The notes beneath the pieces were generated by a model. That model did no database searches. It saw only the letters and a list, made by a program, of their open reading frames with translations, and was not told the DNA's origin. A stretch of 64,000 bases of DNA from Candidatus Multivoradales bacterium (GTDB taxonomy: Bacteria; Acidobacteriota; Thermoanaerobaculia; Multivoradales; JAHEKO01), in the NCBI GenBank assembly GCA_965248055.1, contig CBDFIJ010000004.1:1856001-1920000 (forward strand), written 5' to 3'. Positions within the stretch are counted from its first letter, which is position 1. Each line of letters opens with the position of its first letter. Shown piece after piece: positions 40,275 through 49,275 of this stretch. The translations under genes were made by a program, and so were the position numbers.

Positions 40275-40745
40275 ATGGAAATTTGGGAATTCATTGCACC
40301 GATGACCTTGGGGATTGCGCTGTTCATCGCCATCGTCACCATCGTGCGTACTATCACCAGCGGGCGCCAAGTGCGCACCGCGGTGGAAAAGAAAAGCGAA
40401 CTTCAGCAAAACATATTGAAGCAGTTTGAAGAGGGCGAGGAGTTGAATCAATTCCTCAACACTCCCGCTGGGAAGGAATTCGTCGCAACCGCCGAAATTC
40501 CTCTCGACAACAATCCCTACACTTCGATCTTGCGATCGGTACGGGGAGGAATCATCGCCGTCGCCCTGGGCGGGGCTTTCTATTTTCTGGACGACCAGGT
40601 CGGTGGTGAAGGCCTCAATATCGTTGGCATCTTGTTGACTGTCGCCGGGTTGGCGGTGATGTTGGCCGCTGGCGTGAGTTATTTTCTGTCGCAAAAGTGG
40701 GGACTCTTGCGGCAACCGGAATCTGATGGAACCATGGATTCGTGA
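40275..40745 (+). CDS. Membrane protein (DUF6249-like), ECF-associated
   Basis: AAGGAG RBS; 3 TM; FLNTPAGKEF motif. Confidence 0.65.
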   Translation: MEIWEFIAPMTLGIALFIAIVTIVRTITSGRQVRTAVEKKSELQQNILKQFEEGEELNQFLNTPAGKEFVATAEIPLDNNPYTSILRSVRGGIIAVALGGAFYFLDDQVGGEGLNIVGILLTVAGLAVMLAAGVSYFLSQKWGLLRQPESDGTMDS

Positions 40746-41326
40746 CCGCAGTTGCTTTCACGCTCCCTCGACCCGACTTGGTGGCCCCGGGTCGGGTTGA
40801 GGTGCGTCAAGCGACAGAAGCGACACTGCCATCCAAGAACAACTTCCATCAAACCTATGAAGCAAACTCCCCCGCCCTGCTTCGCTATCTCACGCGGGCA
40901 ACTTCCGACCGGGATCTCGCCCAAGATTTGCTCCAGGATGTCTTTTTTCGCTACGTCAAATCTTCGTTTCAAGGAGAAAGCGATGAGCACCGTCGGCGTT
41001 TCTTGTTCCGCGTAGCCAGTAACTTAGTCATCGATCACTATCGACGCCAGAGACCTTTTCAGCTATCTCTAGAGAAAGCAGCCGGCATCGCTACGTCTCC
41101 TCCATCATCCCTGCGGTATGACCTAGCCCCTTTGTTGGCCAAGCTCTCAATTCGCGATCGGCAATTGGTTTGGTTGGCTCACGTCGAAGGATTCAGCCAC
41201 CAAGAGATCGCCGACATGCTCAAACTGCGGACCGCCAGCGTGCGACCAGCGCTGTTTAGAGCCCGCAAACGGCTGGCAAAGATCTTGTCGGCTCACGGAA
41301 TCGGACCTGAGGTATTGAGATCATGA
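40742..41326 (+). CDS. ECF RNA polymerase sigma factor
   Basis: AQDLLQDVF, FLFRVASNLVIDHYRR, EGFSHQEIA..VRPALFRARKRL. Confidence 0.9.
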   Translation: MTAVAFTLPRPDLVAPGRVEVRQATEATLPSKNNFHQTYEANSPALLRYLTRATSDRDLAQDLLQDVFFRYVKSSFQGESDEHRRRFLFRVASNLVIDHYRRQRPFQLSLEKAAGIATSPPSSLRYDLAPLLAKLSIRDRQLVWLAHVEGFSHQEIADMLKLRTASVRPALFRARKRLAKILSAHGIGPEVLRS

Positions 41327-41784
41327 GCTGCGAACATCTTCATGGCGCACCCGAGGGGCGATGGTCTGCAACCTTCGAAGCAAAGATCTCAGCCTGTGGC
41401 AAGACCTGTACCTCATGTGAAGAAGCTCTGATCGCTCAGAAGTTCTTGCTGCAACTCGCTGGCCTCGATGACTCTCAGCCTCTGGCTGCGGCCGATCAGT
41501 GGCTGTTGCTGCGTTGGCGACTCAACAAAGAACACCGTAGGCACGCGCTTCGCCCTTTAAGTTGGACCCGCAACGGCGTCCTGGTGCTCACCGGTGCCGT
41601 TGCTCTTTGGGTCGCTCCGAGTTGGCGAGGACTGATGGGGCTCTCCACGTCTTGGGCCCGTGTCGAAGCGCCGTGGAGCCTGCCCCTAGATCTGATGCTA
41701 AGCGCCCGAGGCTTACTTGGCCTCGCCCTCTTGGTGATGGCGGTGGTGTTTTGGCACGAAGGAGAACGCTGGATCGAGTCGTAG
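41323..41784 (+). CDS. Putative membrane anti-sigma factor
   Basis: N-terminal Cys cluster (CTSC), two TM segments, coupled to the ECF gene. Confidence 0.6.
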   Translation: MSCEHLHGAPEGRWSATFEAKISACGKTCTSCEEALIAQKFLLQLAGLDDSQPLAAADQWLLLRWRLNKEHRRHALRPLSWTRNGVLVLTGAVALWVAPSWRGLMGLSTSWARVEAPWSLPLDLMLSARGLLGLALLVMAVVFWHEGERWIES

Positions 41785-41806
41785 TAGACCCAACTGGAAA
41801 TCCCGA

Positions 41807-44761
41807 TTAACCCTCAATCACGGCTTGTAATAATTCTGTCTCCACAGGTCGCCCTTCGAGTCGATCGAGGACCACCTCAGCTTCATCTTTGTGCCCAGAC
41901 TGTGCAGCGGCCACCGCGAAAACCAAGCTAGCTTCAAGATAGTCAACCTCTCTGCGATAGATGTCTTTGCGCAGAGCATCTCGGGCTGAGATTGGATCTC
42001 CACGATGAAGGGCCAGTTTCGCCTCCAGGATGCGAAAACGGAGGAAGCTCCGCTGGCGCCGACTTGCTACCTCTAGTGCTTGCTTGAGATGAACTGCTGC
42101 AGAAGCAGTTTGTCCTTGCTTCAAATCGAGGCGGCAAAGCTCCCTATGGGCACGGGAGTCATAGGTCTCCTGTTCATTCTTGAGGCGGAGTTTAGGAAGG
42201 TCCTCCTCTCCTTCGTAGGCTGCGCTGGACAACATCTTGTTAAACGCTTGGCGAGCAAATGCTTCCTCTCCTTGACCAAGCGCATCCAAGCCGATATGAA
42301 GCTGTTTTCGTTTCGGGTAGTCGCCCAAATCTCTGGTCAAGGCGAAGACTTCATCTACTGGATCGATCAATAGCTTGGTCGGTTCTTGTTCCAGTTCATA
42401 GTCGATCTCCATGGTCTCGGCGGCCAAAGTCACCAGACCTCCCCGGTATTCGTATCCTTTGCCGTCTTCGTTCTTTCCGCCTTTCTTCTTACCTTCCTTC
42501 TTGCTTCCCGCAAGCACAACCCGGATTGGCACATAAATGGTGGCGTCTTGAGATTCGACCTCCCTTGACACAACGCGTTGCACATCCAACCGTCCTTGAC
42601 CAACATCCACAACCTCATATCGGTAATCAATCGATGAACGACGGGAAAGCTGGCCTTGCAGCCTCCATTTTCCTTTGCCGACTTCCTCGATCGAATATTC
42701 GTATTCAATTGAGGGCACACCTGTGCGATATACAAACTGATCGGCAAACTCGCTGAAGTCCCGTTGGACAATTTTTCCCATCGCAACGATGAACGTCTCC
42801 GTTGACAGGGTCAGATTTCGTTCATCGACATACTGGATCAAGATCCGAAGAGCCTCCAGAAACTGTTCTTCCGTAATGCTGCTCGCCAGCATTCCTAATA
42901 CAAGGGCGCCTTTTCGATAAACAATCGGCTCGTAGGCACTTGTTTTACTGGAATTCAAACGCGGCCCCATGACCAGCGGTCCTACTTCTTCGACCGTAGT
43001 TCCGTCGTCAAGAACTCTGGTCAAAGCCCTCCGCCAACCACTGGTCGGATCCCAGCCAAAACGCAAATCCGTCACCTTCTCTCGTATGTACAGCTTCGCG
43101 GCATAGTTTGCCATTGCTTCTGTTACCCAAGTGTCGCGATAACTTTCGAACGACACCACATGTCCCCACCACTGGTGAGCAATCTCGTGCGCAACAATTC
43201 CGCGCGGATCTTCCAAGCCAAATAACAAAGCAGACCATCCGTTGTCGGTGATCATCAACGAAGACAGCGTGACAAACCCCGGAAGCGATTGGGAAAAATC
43301 TCGACTGGTAGTGACAATCGTCAAGTTCTCGTAGGGATAGTCACCGAATGCGTCGACAAAAAACTTCAGGGACTCTTGAACGGCATCAAAGAGATCTTGA
43401 CGGCTTTCTTTACTCGCAAATACACGTCCTTCCGGGTCAGACGCAAAGGTGACCGGGATCCCTTCGACTACCGCCGTCTCTGTCTTGAATCGGCCAATTT
43501 CAAATCCAAAGGCTTTGCTCGGCCTGGTTAACTCCCGGCGCTCCCAGCGTTGTCCATTGGTCACTCCTTCACCGACCCGAACCCCCGATGCAAGCAAATC
43601 CAGCCGCTCAGGCCATCGAAAGGTGACATCAAATGTGGAACTGTCGAAGAATCCTGTATTTGGGTACCAGCCTGTGGTATCCATCAACGCTCTTGAAGAC
43701 CCATCTTTGTAGATCAACTGCCCCCCATAGCTCACGGTGATACTTGTTGACTCGCCAGCTTCCAGGGTCTCAGGTAAGAAAACCAACAGCTCTCCGTTCT
43801 CAATGGAATGTTCAAGTTTCTGCTCGCCAAGGCTCGCCGACGTAACCAACAAATCCGAATGCATCGTCAATCGCACAGCGGAGCTTCGATGTTGAGCCCG
43901 TAAGGTCACAGTTGCTTTCGCGTTGATCTCACGCCCTCCTGGAAGAACTTCCAACTCGATCTGATAGTGATCGGGTGCAAAGGTACGGCGTCCGGCTCGA
44001 TTAGCTTCTTGCCCTCCATGGTGAGCCGACAGCCAGGTATCGAACCTGCCGATTTGGTCAACGTTGGTGCCGATCAGACGGCCTCTTCTTTGCTCACTAT
44101 GGAGGGAGCGTTGAATTTTCTTTCTCTCTTTTTCCGTCAGCTCTGTGTATACAAACTGACCGAGGATGGCTTGCTCAAACGCCTCCGGGTCGACCAAGTA
44201 AATGAACCGACCTCGCTCTTCACTTTCGATCCACGCACAAACGTATCCTTCGTAAACAGGATCCTGATACAAATCTCTCAGGATCGCTCCTTGCACGCCG
44301 AGTACTCTTCTTTCCGCGGATTCGATCCATTCTTTGTAGGTACTGCTCGCCTTTGCTTGATCTTCGTCGCTGGCAGTTGCCTGTGAACGAGCTTGGATCG
44401 CTTCCAGCGCTTGATTGTTGGTTATGACCAGAACAGCTGTCTCAACCAATTCTGCTAAACGAGGTTCGTCAATAAAAAACTCAAGCTGATCTCGCTCAGC
44501 CTCATTGGGCGGATCCAGGGTTATCCGGCCAGAGCCTACAAAAACAAACTCTCGGGATTGCCCGTCAATTGGGGCTGCTGCGAATAACACGCCTTCTTCA
44601 ATCCGCAGGGTCGCGAGGCCAAGTTCAAGGCCGAGGCCATTCGCGTCGATAACCGCGTCTGCAAGGACTGCGGAAGTTAGGTCTCGGTTGTATTGATCAA
44701 TGCGTCCCTCGGCTCCTAATGGCGCAGCCGCGAGAACACAACAAAGAAAAAGTCTTCGCAC
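41807..44761 (-). CDS. Secreted M1-family aminopeptidase-like protein with C-terminal TPR-like region
   Basis: HEIAHQWWG..TEAMANY and YRKG motifs; GGAGG RBS before GTG 44761. Confidence 0.85.
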   Translation of the reverse strand: MRRLFLCCVLAAAPLGAEGRIDQYNRDLTSAVLADAVIDANGLGLELGLATLRIEEGVLFAAAPIDGQSREFVFVGSGRITLDPPNEAERDQLEFFIDEPRLAELVETAVLVITNNQALEAIQARSQATASDEDQAKASSTYKEWIESAERRVLGVQGAILRDLYQDPVYEGYVCAWIESEERGRFIYLVDPEAFEQAILGQFVYTELTEKERKKIQRSLHSEQRRGRLIGTNVDQIGRFDTWLSAHHGGQEANRAGRRTFAPDHYQIELEVLPGGREINAKATVTLRAQHRSSAVRLTMHSDLLVTSASLGEQKLEHSIENGELLVFLPETLEAGESTSITVSYGGQLIYKDGSSRALMDTTGWYPNTGFFDSSTFDVTFRWPERLDLLASGVRVGEGVTNGQRWERRELTRPSKAFGFEIGRFKTETAVVEGIPVTFASDPEGRVFASKESRQDLFDAVQESLKFFVDAFGDYPYENLTIVTTSRDFSQSLPGFVTLSSLMITDNGWSALLFGLEDPRGIVAHEIAHQWWGHVVSFESYRDTWVTEAMANYAAKLYIREKVTDLRFGWDPTSGWRRALTRVLDDGTTVEEVGPLVMGPRLNSSKTSAYEPIVYRKGALVLGMLASSITEEQFLEALRILIQYVDERNLTLSTETFIVAMGKIVQRDFSEFADQFVYRTGVPSIEYEYSIEEVGKGKWRLQGQLSRRSSIDYRYEVVDVGQGRLDVQRVVSREVESQDATIYVPIRVVLAGSKKEGKKKGGKNEDGKGYEYRGGLVTLAAETMEIDYELEQEPTKLLIDPVDEVFALTRDLGDYPKRKQLHIGLDALGQGEEAFARQAFNKMLSSAAYEGEEDLPKLRLKNEQETYDSRAHRELCRLDLKQGQTASAAVHLKQALEVASRRQRSFLRFRILEAKLALHRGDPISARDALRKDIYRREVDYLEASLVFAVAAAQSGHKDEAEVVLDRLEGRPVETELLQAVIEG

Positions 44762-44857
44762 TTGACCTCCCCCAGAAGTCGAACCCGTCCAGAACTTAGC
44801 TAGTATATGGTCACAAATCTTACCCATACGCTAGGATCGAGCCAAGGAGGTCCTTCA

Positions 44858-45307
44858 ATGAACTGGAAACTAGTTGCCCTTGGTGGTCTGACCTTTTGGT
44901 TGGTCACCAACTTAATGAGTTTCGCTACCGGCCCAGTAATCCACGAAGGCGTGCTCGACCCCATCTATCGAGCAAACGAAGCATTCTGGGTTCCAGCGCT
45001 GAATCAAGACCCGCCCGATATGGCGGCGATGATGCCGATCTGGCTCCGCAACTCTCTGGTCAGTAGTCTGGTGTTCGCAGCGATTTATGGCTTGGTTGGA
45101 TCTGCGTTGGGCAGCCCCGGTTGGCGCCGCGGCTTGACCTTCGGCTTGATTTTGGCGGCTATCGCAGCATCCACCTATCTCAACTTTAGCGGGCTGTTTA
45201 ACCTGCCAGCGAATATGTGGCTATGGTGGAGTATTGAAGCGGTGGTTATCTTTGCTATCGGCGGCGCCGCGATGGGCTGGGTCGGAAAAAGATTCTGCAA
45301 CGCTTGA
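44858..45307 (+). CDS. Hypothetical 4-TM membrane protein
   Basis: AAGGAGG RBS; hydrophobic helices. Confidence 0.7.
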   Translation: MNWKLVALGGLTFWLVTNLMSFATGPVIHEGVLDPIYRANEAFWVPALNQDPPDMAAMMPIWLRNSLVSSLVFAAIYGLVGSALGSPGWRRGLTFGLILAAIAASTYLNFSGLFNLPANMWLWWSIEAVVIFAIGGAAMGWVGKRFCNA

Positions 45308-45753
45308 TCGGATACCTAATCGCAACGTTTGCGGTTCTTTTTGTCGCCTTTGTCGCGTCACTGTTTGTCCGGGCCCGCGGGTCGTTGGATGCCAAGATCA
45401 CCGATCGCTTTGCCCCTTGTCCAGACAGCCCCAATTGCGTTTCCTCGATAGCGACGGACATTCAGCATCGGATCGAGCCCTTGCATTCCTCTGGTGACCC
45501 GGAGTCCGCTTGGCAGCATCTAAAGGAAACCGTCGCCAAGATACCGCGGACAGTGATCGTGGTTGATGAAGAGCACTATTTGGCCGCGGAATGCCGTAGC
45601 CGTGTCTTCGGTTTTATCGACGATCTCGAACTGTCTCTAAACCCGGGCGACGGTCGCATCGAGGTACGGTCCGCAGCCCGTACTGGCCATTCAGATCTGG
45701 GGGTTAACCGAAAGCGGGTCGAAGAATTGCGTCGAGTATCCAACCAGCCCTAA
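45304..45753 (+). CDS. DUF1499-family protein
   Basis: PCPDSPNCVSS, FGFIDDLE, RSAARTGHSDLGVNRKRVE. Confidence 0.9.
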   Translation: MIGYLIATFAVLFVAFVASLFVRARGSLDAKITDRFAPCPDSPNCVSSIATDIQHRIEPLHSSGDPESAWQHLKETVAKIPRTVIVVDEEHYLAAECRSRVFGFIDDLELSLNPGDGRIEVRSAARTGHSDLGVNRKRVEELRRVSNQP

Positions 45754-45786
45754 ATCCGATCGAGACGTTCCGATCCGGTCAGCCCC

Positions 45787-45818
45787 TTGACCCCGTACTT
45801 AGGTACGGGGTTTATCGT
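45787..45818 (+). promoter_or_regulatory. MerR-type promoter/operator
   Basis: TTGACC-20 bp-TATCGT with dyad ACCCCGTAC-TTAG-GTACGGGGT; same layout as the mer operator CCGTAC-N4-GTACGG. Confidence 0.85.
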
Positions 45819-46232
45819 ATGACTGTGAATAGATTTTCCATCGGGCAACTAGCTGCACAAGCGAATATCGGGGTCGAGACGGTGCGGTTCTACGAACGAC
45901 GTGGCCTGCTACCGGAACCACCGCGCACCGCAGCGGGTTACCGAAGCTATCGCCCGGAAACCGTTCGGCGAGTGCGATTCATTCGCCGGGCCAAAGACCT
46001 CGGTTTCACCTTGAGAGAGATCAACTCGCTTTTGGAACTCGGAACCAGTACCGCAGTTTGCGCCGACGTACAGGACCAGATTCATTCGAAGCTGCTGGAT
46101 GTTGGAGCTCGGATTCGCGACCTAAAACAGATCGAGCGCAAGCTAAGAGCGCTAGAGCTCGCGTGCCTCAACACCGACACAAACGGCCCTTGCCCTTCTT
46201 TGGAGCATATTTGGGGGTTCGATGCCGAGTAA
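45819..46232 (+). CDS. merR: MerR-family heavy-metal-responsive regulator (Hg-MerR-like)
   Basis: IGQLA..VETVRFYERRGLL..GYRSY; three Cys (AVCADV, LAC...GPCP). Confidence 0.88.
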   Translation: MTVNRFSIGQLAAQANIGVETVRFYERRGLLPEPPRTAAGYRSYRPETVRRVRFIRRAKDLGFTLREINSLLELGTSTAVCADVQDQIHSKLLDVGARIRDLKQIERKLRALELACLNTDTNGPCPSLEHIWGFDAE

Positions 46233-46758
46233 CGACAGTTCCATACCACCCTCGGGTATTGCCGGACGGATCGGTAAATTTGTAGTTGGCGCTATCCAGG
46301 TCTACTACGCAAGCTTCTTCATTGCCCACTTTCGCGCCTTGACCACACCTTCTCTGCATCGCGGACTGTGGTTGTTTGTTGTAACCGGCCTCTGGCTGAT
46401 TCCTTTTATCTTTAACTTGGGATTTGTGCGGCTGCGGCGAGATGGCAGGCGCTTTCTTTGGGTGGTCCTGGCTGTGACCTTGATCCTGGTGGTTTGGGAC
46501 GCCCGGACTCGTAGCCTCCCTTGGGGGCCGTCCTCGGCATCTTGGATCTTGGCGGTCACCATTTACGCTCACTTGCACGTCGGCTTGAGCCACATCTTTT
46601 CCTCGATCAGTGGACTGCGCGGATGCGAAATGAGGGTGATTCCTTACTACCTATCAAGGTTTCTCAAGCGCCCTGGCTCTCCAATCTTGGCCTTATGTCC
46701 AGGGATGTGGACCCCCCTCGATCGCTGGGAAGCGGAGAAGCGCGGTCTCGATGATTGA
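46222..46758 (+). CDS. Membrane protein with GCE..IP..C..PLD motif (DUF6410-like)
   Basis: About 4 TM, then GLRGCEMRVIP...LCPGMWTPLDRWE. Confidence 0.6.
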   Translation: MPSNDSSIPPSGIAGRIGKFVVGAIQVYYASFFIAHFRALTTPSLHRGLWLFVVTGLWLIPFIFNLGFVRLRRDGRRFLWVVLAVTLILVVWDARTRSLPWGPSSASWILAVTIYAHLHVGLSHIFSSISGLRGCEMRVIPYYLSRFLKRPGSPILALCPGMWTPLDRWEAEKRGLDD

Positions 46759-47200
46759 ACCCTGTTGCCCAGATCCAATCACTGGCCCCAACCTTTGTCC
46801 GCTCTCTAGTTGCGAGGGACAATCGGTGCAGTGGAATACTTTCGCCTCAATGATTCTGGGGCCGCTTCCCCCTCGGCAAGCGGTCTATTTGTGCCTGGAT
46901 ACAGAATGTAGCGTGGTCTATTTCGGTGACCAAGGGATGCAGGCTCACAGGAATGAAATAAGAACCATCCCTAATTTCAAGGTCGGCGGTTCCGATCTCG
47001 CTTGTTTCTGCTTCTTACACGATAGTGAGCGAATTAGACGGGAAGTTGAGGATCTAGGGGCTAGTCCAACCGCTGAGTCCATTCGTCGGGCGGTTGAAGA
47101 CAAGAACTGCGCTTGCGAAGTACACAATCCGTCAGGTCGATGTTGTTTACCGGAGGTATCCAAACTGATTGAGCGCGTAACAAATGGAGATAATCAATGA
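46751..47200 (+). CDS. CopZ-N-terminal-like Zn/[2Fe-2S] metallochaperone
   Basis: CPLSSC, YLCLDTECSVVYF, CFCF, CACEVHNPSGRCC. Confidence 0.8.
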   Translation: MIEPCCPDPITGPNLCPLSSCEGQSVQWNTFASMILGPLPPRQAVYLCLDTECSVVYFGDQGMQAHRNEIRTIPNFKVGGSDLACFCFLHDSERIRREVEDLGASPTAESIRRAVEDKNCACEVHNPSGRCCLPEVSKLIERVTNGDNQ

Positions 47201-47301
47201 AAACAATAACTCTCATCTGCGGCGGTCTCTGCGCCCTCTGTTGTCTGGCGACCACTGTGCTGATTTTCGCTTGGGTGTTGGGTGTACTGCTATGGAACTA
47301 G
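47197..47301 (+). CDS. 34-aa Cys-rich hydrophobic micro-protein
   Basis: GGAG RBS, ATGA overlap; MKTITLICGGLCALCCLATTVLIFAWVLGVLLWN*. Confidence 0.55.
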   Translation: MKTITLICGGLCALCCLATTVLIFAWVLGVLLWN

Positions 47302-47305
47302 CGTC

Positions 47306-47677
47306 TTGAGCCAACAAAGACCCATCCGCAGTTGGACCGCGGCGGCGACGGGTGCAGGGGGCGCAGGACTCGCAGTCGCAGCAACCGCTTGTTGCGTGCC
47401 AGTCATTGCGCCATTGTTGGTCAGCATTCTTGGGGTAAGCGGGGCCGTTTGGGCGGCCGGACTAAAACCGTACAGTTGGATCATTCTTGGGGTTGCTGCA
47501 CTTTTTCTTGGCTACGGTTTTTGGACCGTCTACCGTCCCCGCAAAGACACCGGCCAAGCCTGCCCTGTTGAGCGCCCACGAATGCTTCGATGGGTCCTTT
47601 GGGGCGCCCTGTTGTTGTGGTTGTTGGCGCTCTCTCTCAATGTTCTCCAACTTGTGGCTGTGAGGTGGCCGTCATGA
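47306..47677 (+). CDS. merT: MerT-family mercuric ion transporter-like protein
   Basis: TM1 ATACCVP, LGVSGA, PY, GFWTVYRP...ACP, third TM; start uncertain (47282 or 47306). Confidence 0.75.
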   Translation: MSQQRPIRSWTAAATGAGGAGLAVAATACCVPVIAPLLVSILGVSGAVWAAGLKPYSWIILGVAALFLGYGFWTVYRPRKDTGQACPVERPRMLRWVLWGALLLWLLALSLNVLQLVAVRWPS

Positions 47678-48279
47678 GAATCATACGACTGAAGTCGATC
47701 GTAGCTTTGATCGTTTTGGCTATTGGCTCGGTTTGGGCGATTTTCGCCCTGCAACCCGAGCCACCTATCGACGCCTATGCTGTATTGAACGAGGACCTTG
47801 AGCCCTTCATCTCAGACTTCAACTCCGCTTCGGATGGAGTGCGGGCTGTGCTCTTGGTCGGCCCCACGTGAGGTGTCTGTCTTCGGGGGGTCTCCGAAGT
47901 TCGTCAAGCGTTTGAATCTCGCGGGTTGTCCGATGTCAAGGTATTCCTCATCTCTTCCAGTCAACTGTCCGCACAAGAAAAGAACATACGCAACGTCATC
48001 AAACTGTGGAGTGACACCAACGTCCATCACTACTGGGACGGGAATCGTCGAGTTGGCTCTGTGATCCAGCCCTTCATCGATGGGCTGCAAGGTCCGGCCT
48101 GGGATGTTTGGCTGGTCTATGGTCCCGGGACCACCTGGGACAAACTTGCGCCTCAACCGGATTGGTGGGAGCACCAACTCAGCAAGTTAGACGCTTCCTA
48201 TGCTGACCGTCGTCTGGATGCGACGAGGTTCGCGACCAAGGTCACCGAGATAGGCACCACAGAAACCACGCACGAGTGA
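47674..48279 (+). CDS. Membrane-anchored thioredoxin-like selenoprotein (UxxC; Sec66 encoded by TGA 47869-47871), 201 aa
   Basis: ORFs 47590..47871 and 47926..48279 share a frame and are separated only by the TGA; reads VLLVGPT-U-GVCLRG..HYWD..PAWDVWLVYGPG..W. Confidence 0.8.
47881..47899 (+). promoter_or_regulatory. Putative bacterial SECIS hairpin
   Basis: CTTCGG-GG-GGTCT-CCGAAG starting 9 nt after the TGA. Confidence 0.65.
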
Positions 48280-48354
48280 AGCCACTAGTACCTGCCTGGA
48301 CATCTTCGCTGCGTTGTCTGGCGAGTACCCCGTGCTGGTGGTCATAATCATAGG

Positions 48355-49266
48355 GTGCCAGAACTCCCTGATATCGAGGCCTACTGCGCGGCACTTGAAA
48401 CCCGCCTGGTGGGAACCAGTCTCGCTTCGGTTCGCCTCGGCAGCCCCTTCCTGCTCCGCAGTGTCAACCCGCCGCTGACGGCGGCTTCTAACCGGTCCGT
48501 TGGTGGCGTCAAACGATTGGGCAAGCGCATCGTCTTCGGTCTTGAGAATGACCTGTTTCTAGTCCTCCATCTGATGATTGCCGGTCGACTCAAGTGGTTC
48601 GACCTGAGCGACACACTTCCCTCGATTGGCGGGCGCAATAGCCTAGCGAGCTTTGACTTTTCCTCGGGTTCGCTCCTGTTGACCGAGGCATCCAAAAAGA
48701 AAAGAGCCTCTCTACACCTGATCGAGGGGGAAGAGAACCTGGCAACCCACAACCCTGGGGGACTGGAGATCTTGGACTCAACTTTGGGTCAATTTCGTGA
48801 TCGCTTGCTTTCGACCAACCACACCCTCAAGCGGTCTCTTACCGACCCGCGGTTGTTCTCTGGGATTGGCAACGCCTATTCGGACGAAATTCTCCACGCT
48901 GCAGAACTTTCCCCGATTGTCTGGACCTCCCGATTGAGTGAGGAGGACCTCGATCGCCTGTTTACCGCGGCGGTATCCACTCTTTCCATTTGGCGAGATC
49001 GTTTGGTCGCGGAAGCGATCGAGACTTTTCCCAAGAAGGTGACCGCCTTTCGCCCGGAGATGGCAGCCCACGGCAAGTTCGGTCAACCTTGTCCTCGCTG
49101 TGACCACCCGATCCAACGCATCGTCTACGCCGCCAACGAGACCAACTATTGCGCTCACTGCCAAACCAAAGGCAAAATCCTCGCGGACCGCGCCCTGTCG
49201 CGGTTACTGAAGGACGATTGGCCACGAACGCTGGAAGAACTCGAAGCGAATCACGACCAAACGTAA
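48355..49266 (+). CDS. Fpg/Nei-family DNA glycosylase
   Basis: MPELP, RLGKR, HLMIAG, GIGNAYSDEIL, CPRC..CAHCQ zinc finger. Confidence 0.92.
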   Translation: MPELPDIEAYCAALETRLVGTSLASVRLGSPFLLRSVNPPLTAASNRSVGGVKRLGKRIVFGLENDLFLVLHLMIAGRLKWFDLSDTLPSIGGRNSLASFDFSSGSLLLTEASKKKRASLHLIEGEENLATHNPGGLEILDSTLGQFRDRLLSTNHTLKRSLTDPRLFSGIGNAYSDEILHAAELSPIVWTSRLSEEDLDRLFTAAVSTLSIWRDRLVAEAIETFPKKVTAFRPEMAAHGKFGQPCPRCDHPIQRIVYAANETNYCAHCQTKGKILADRALSRLLKDDWPRTLEELEANHDQT

Positions 49267-49275
49267 TTTACAAAT

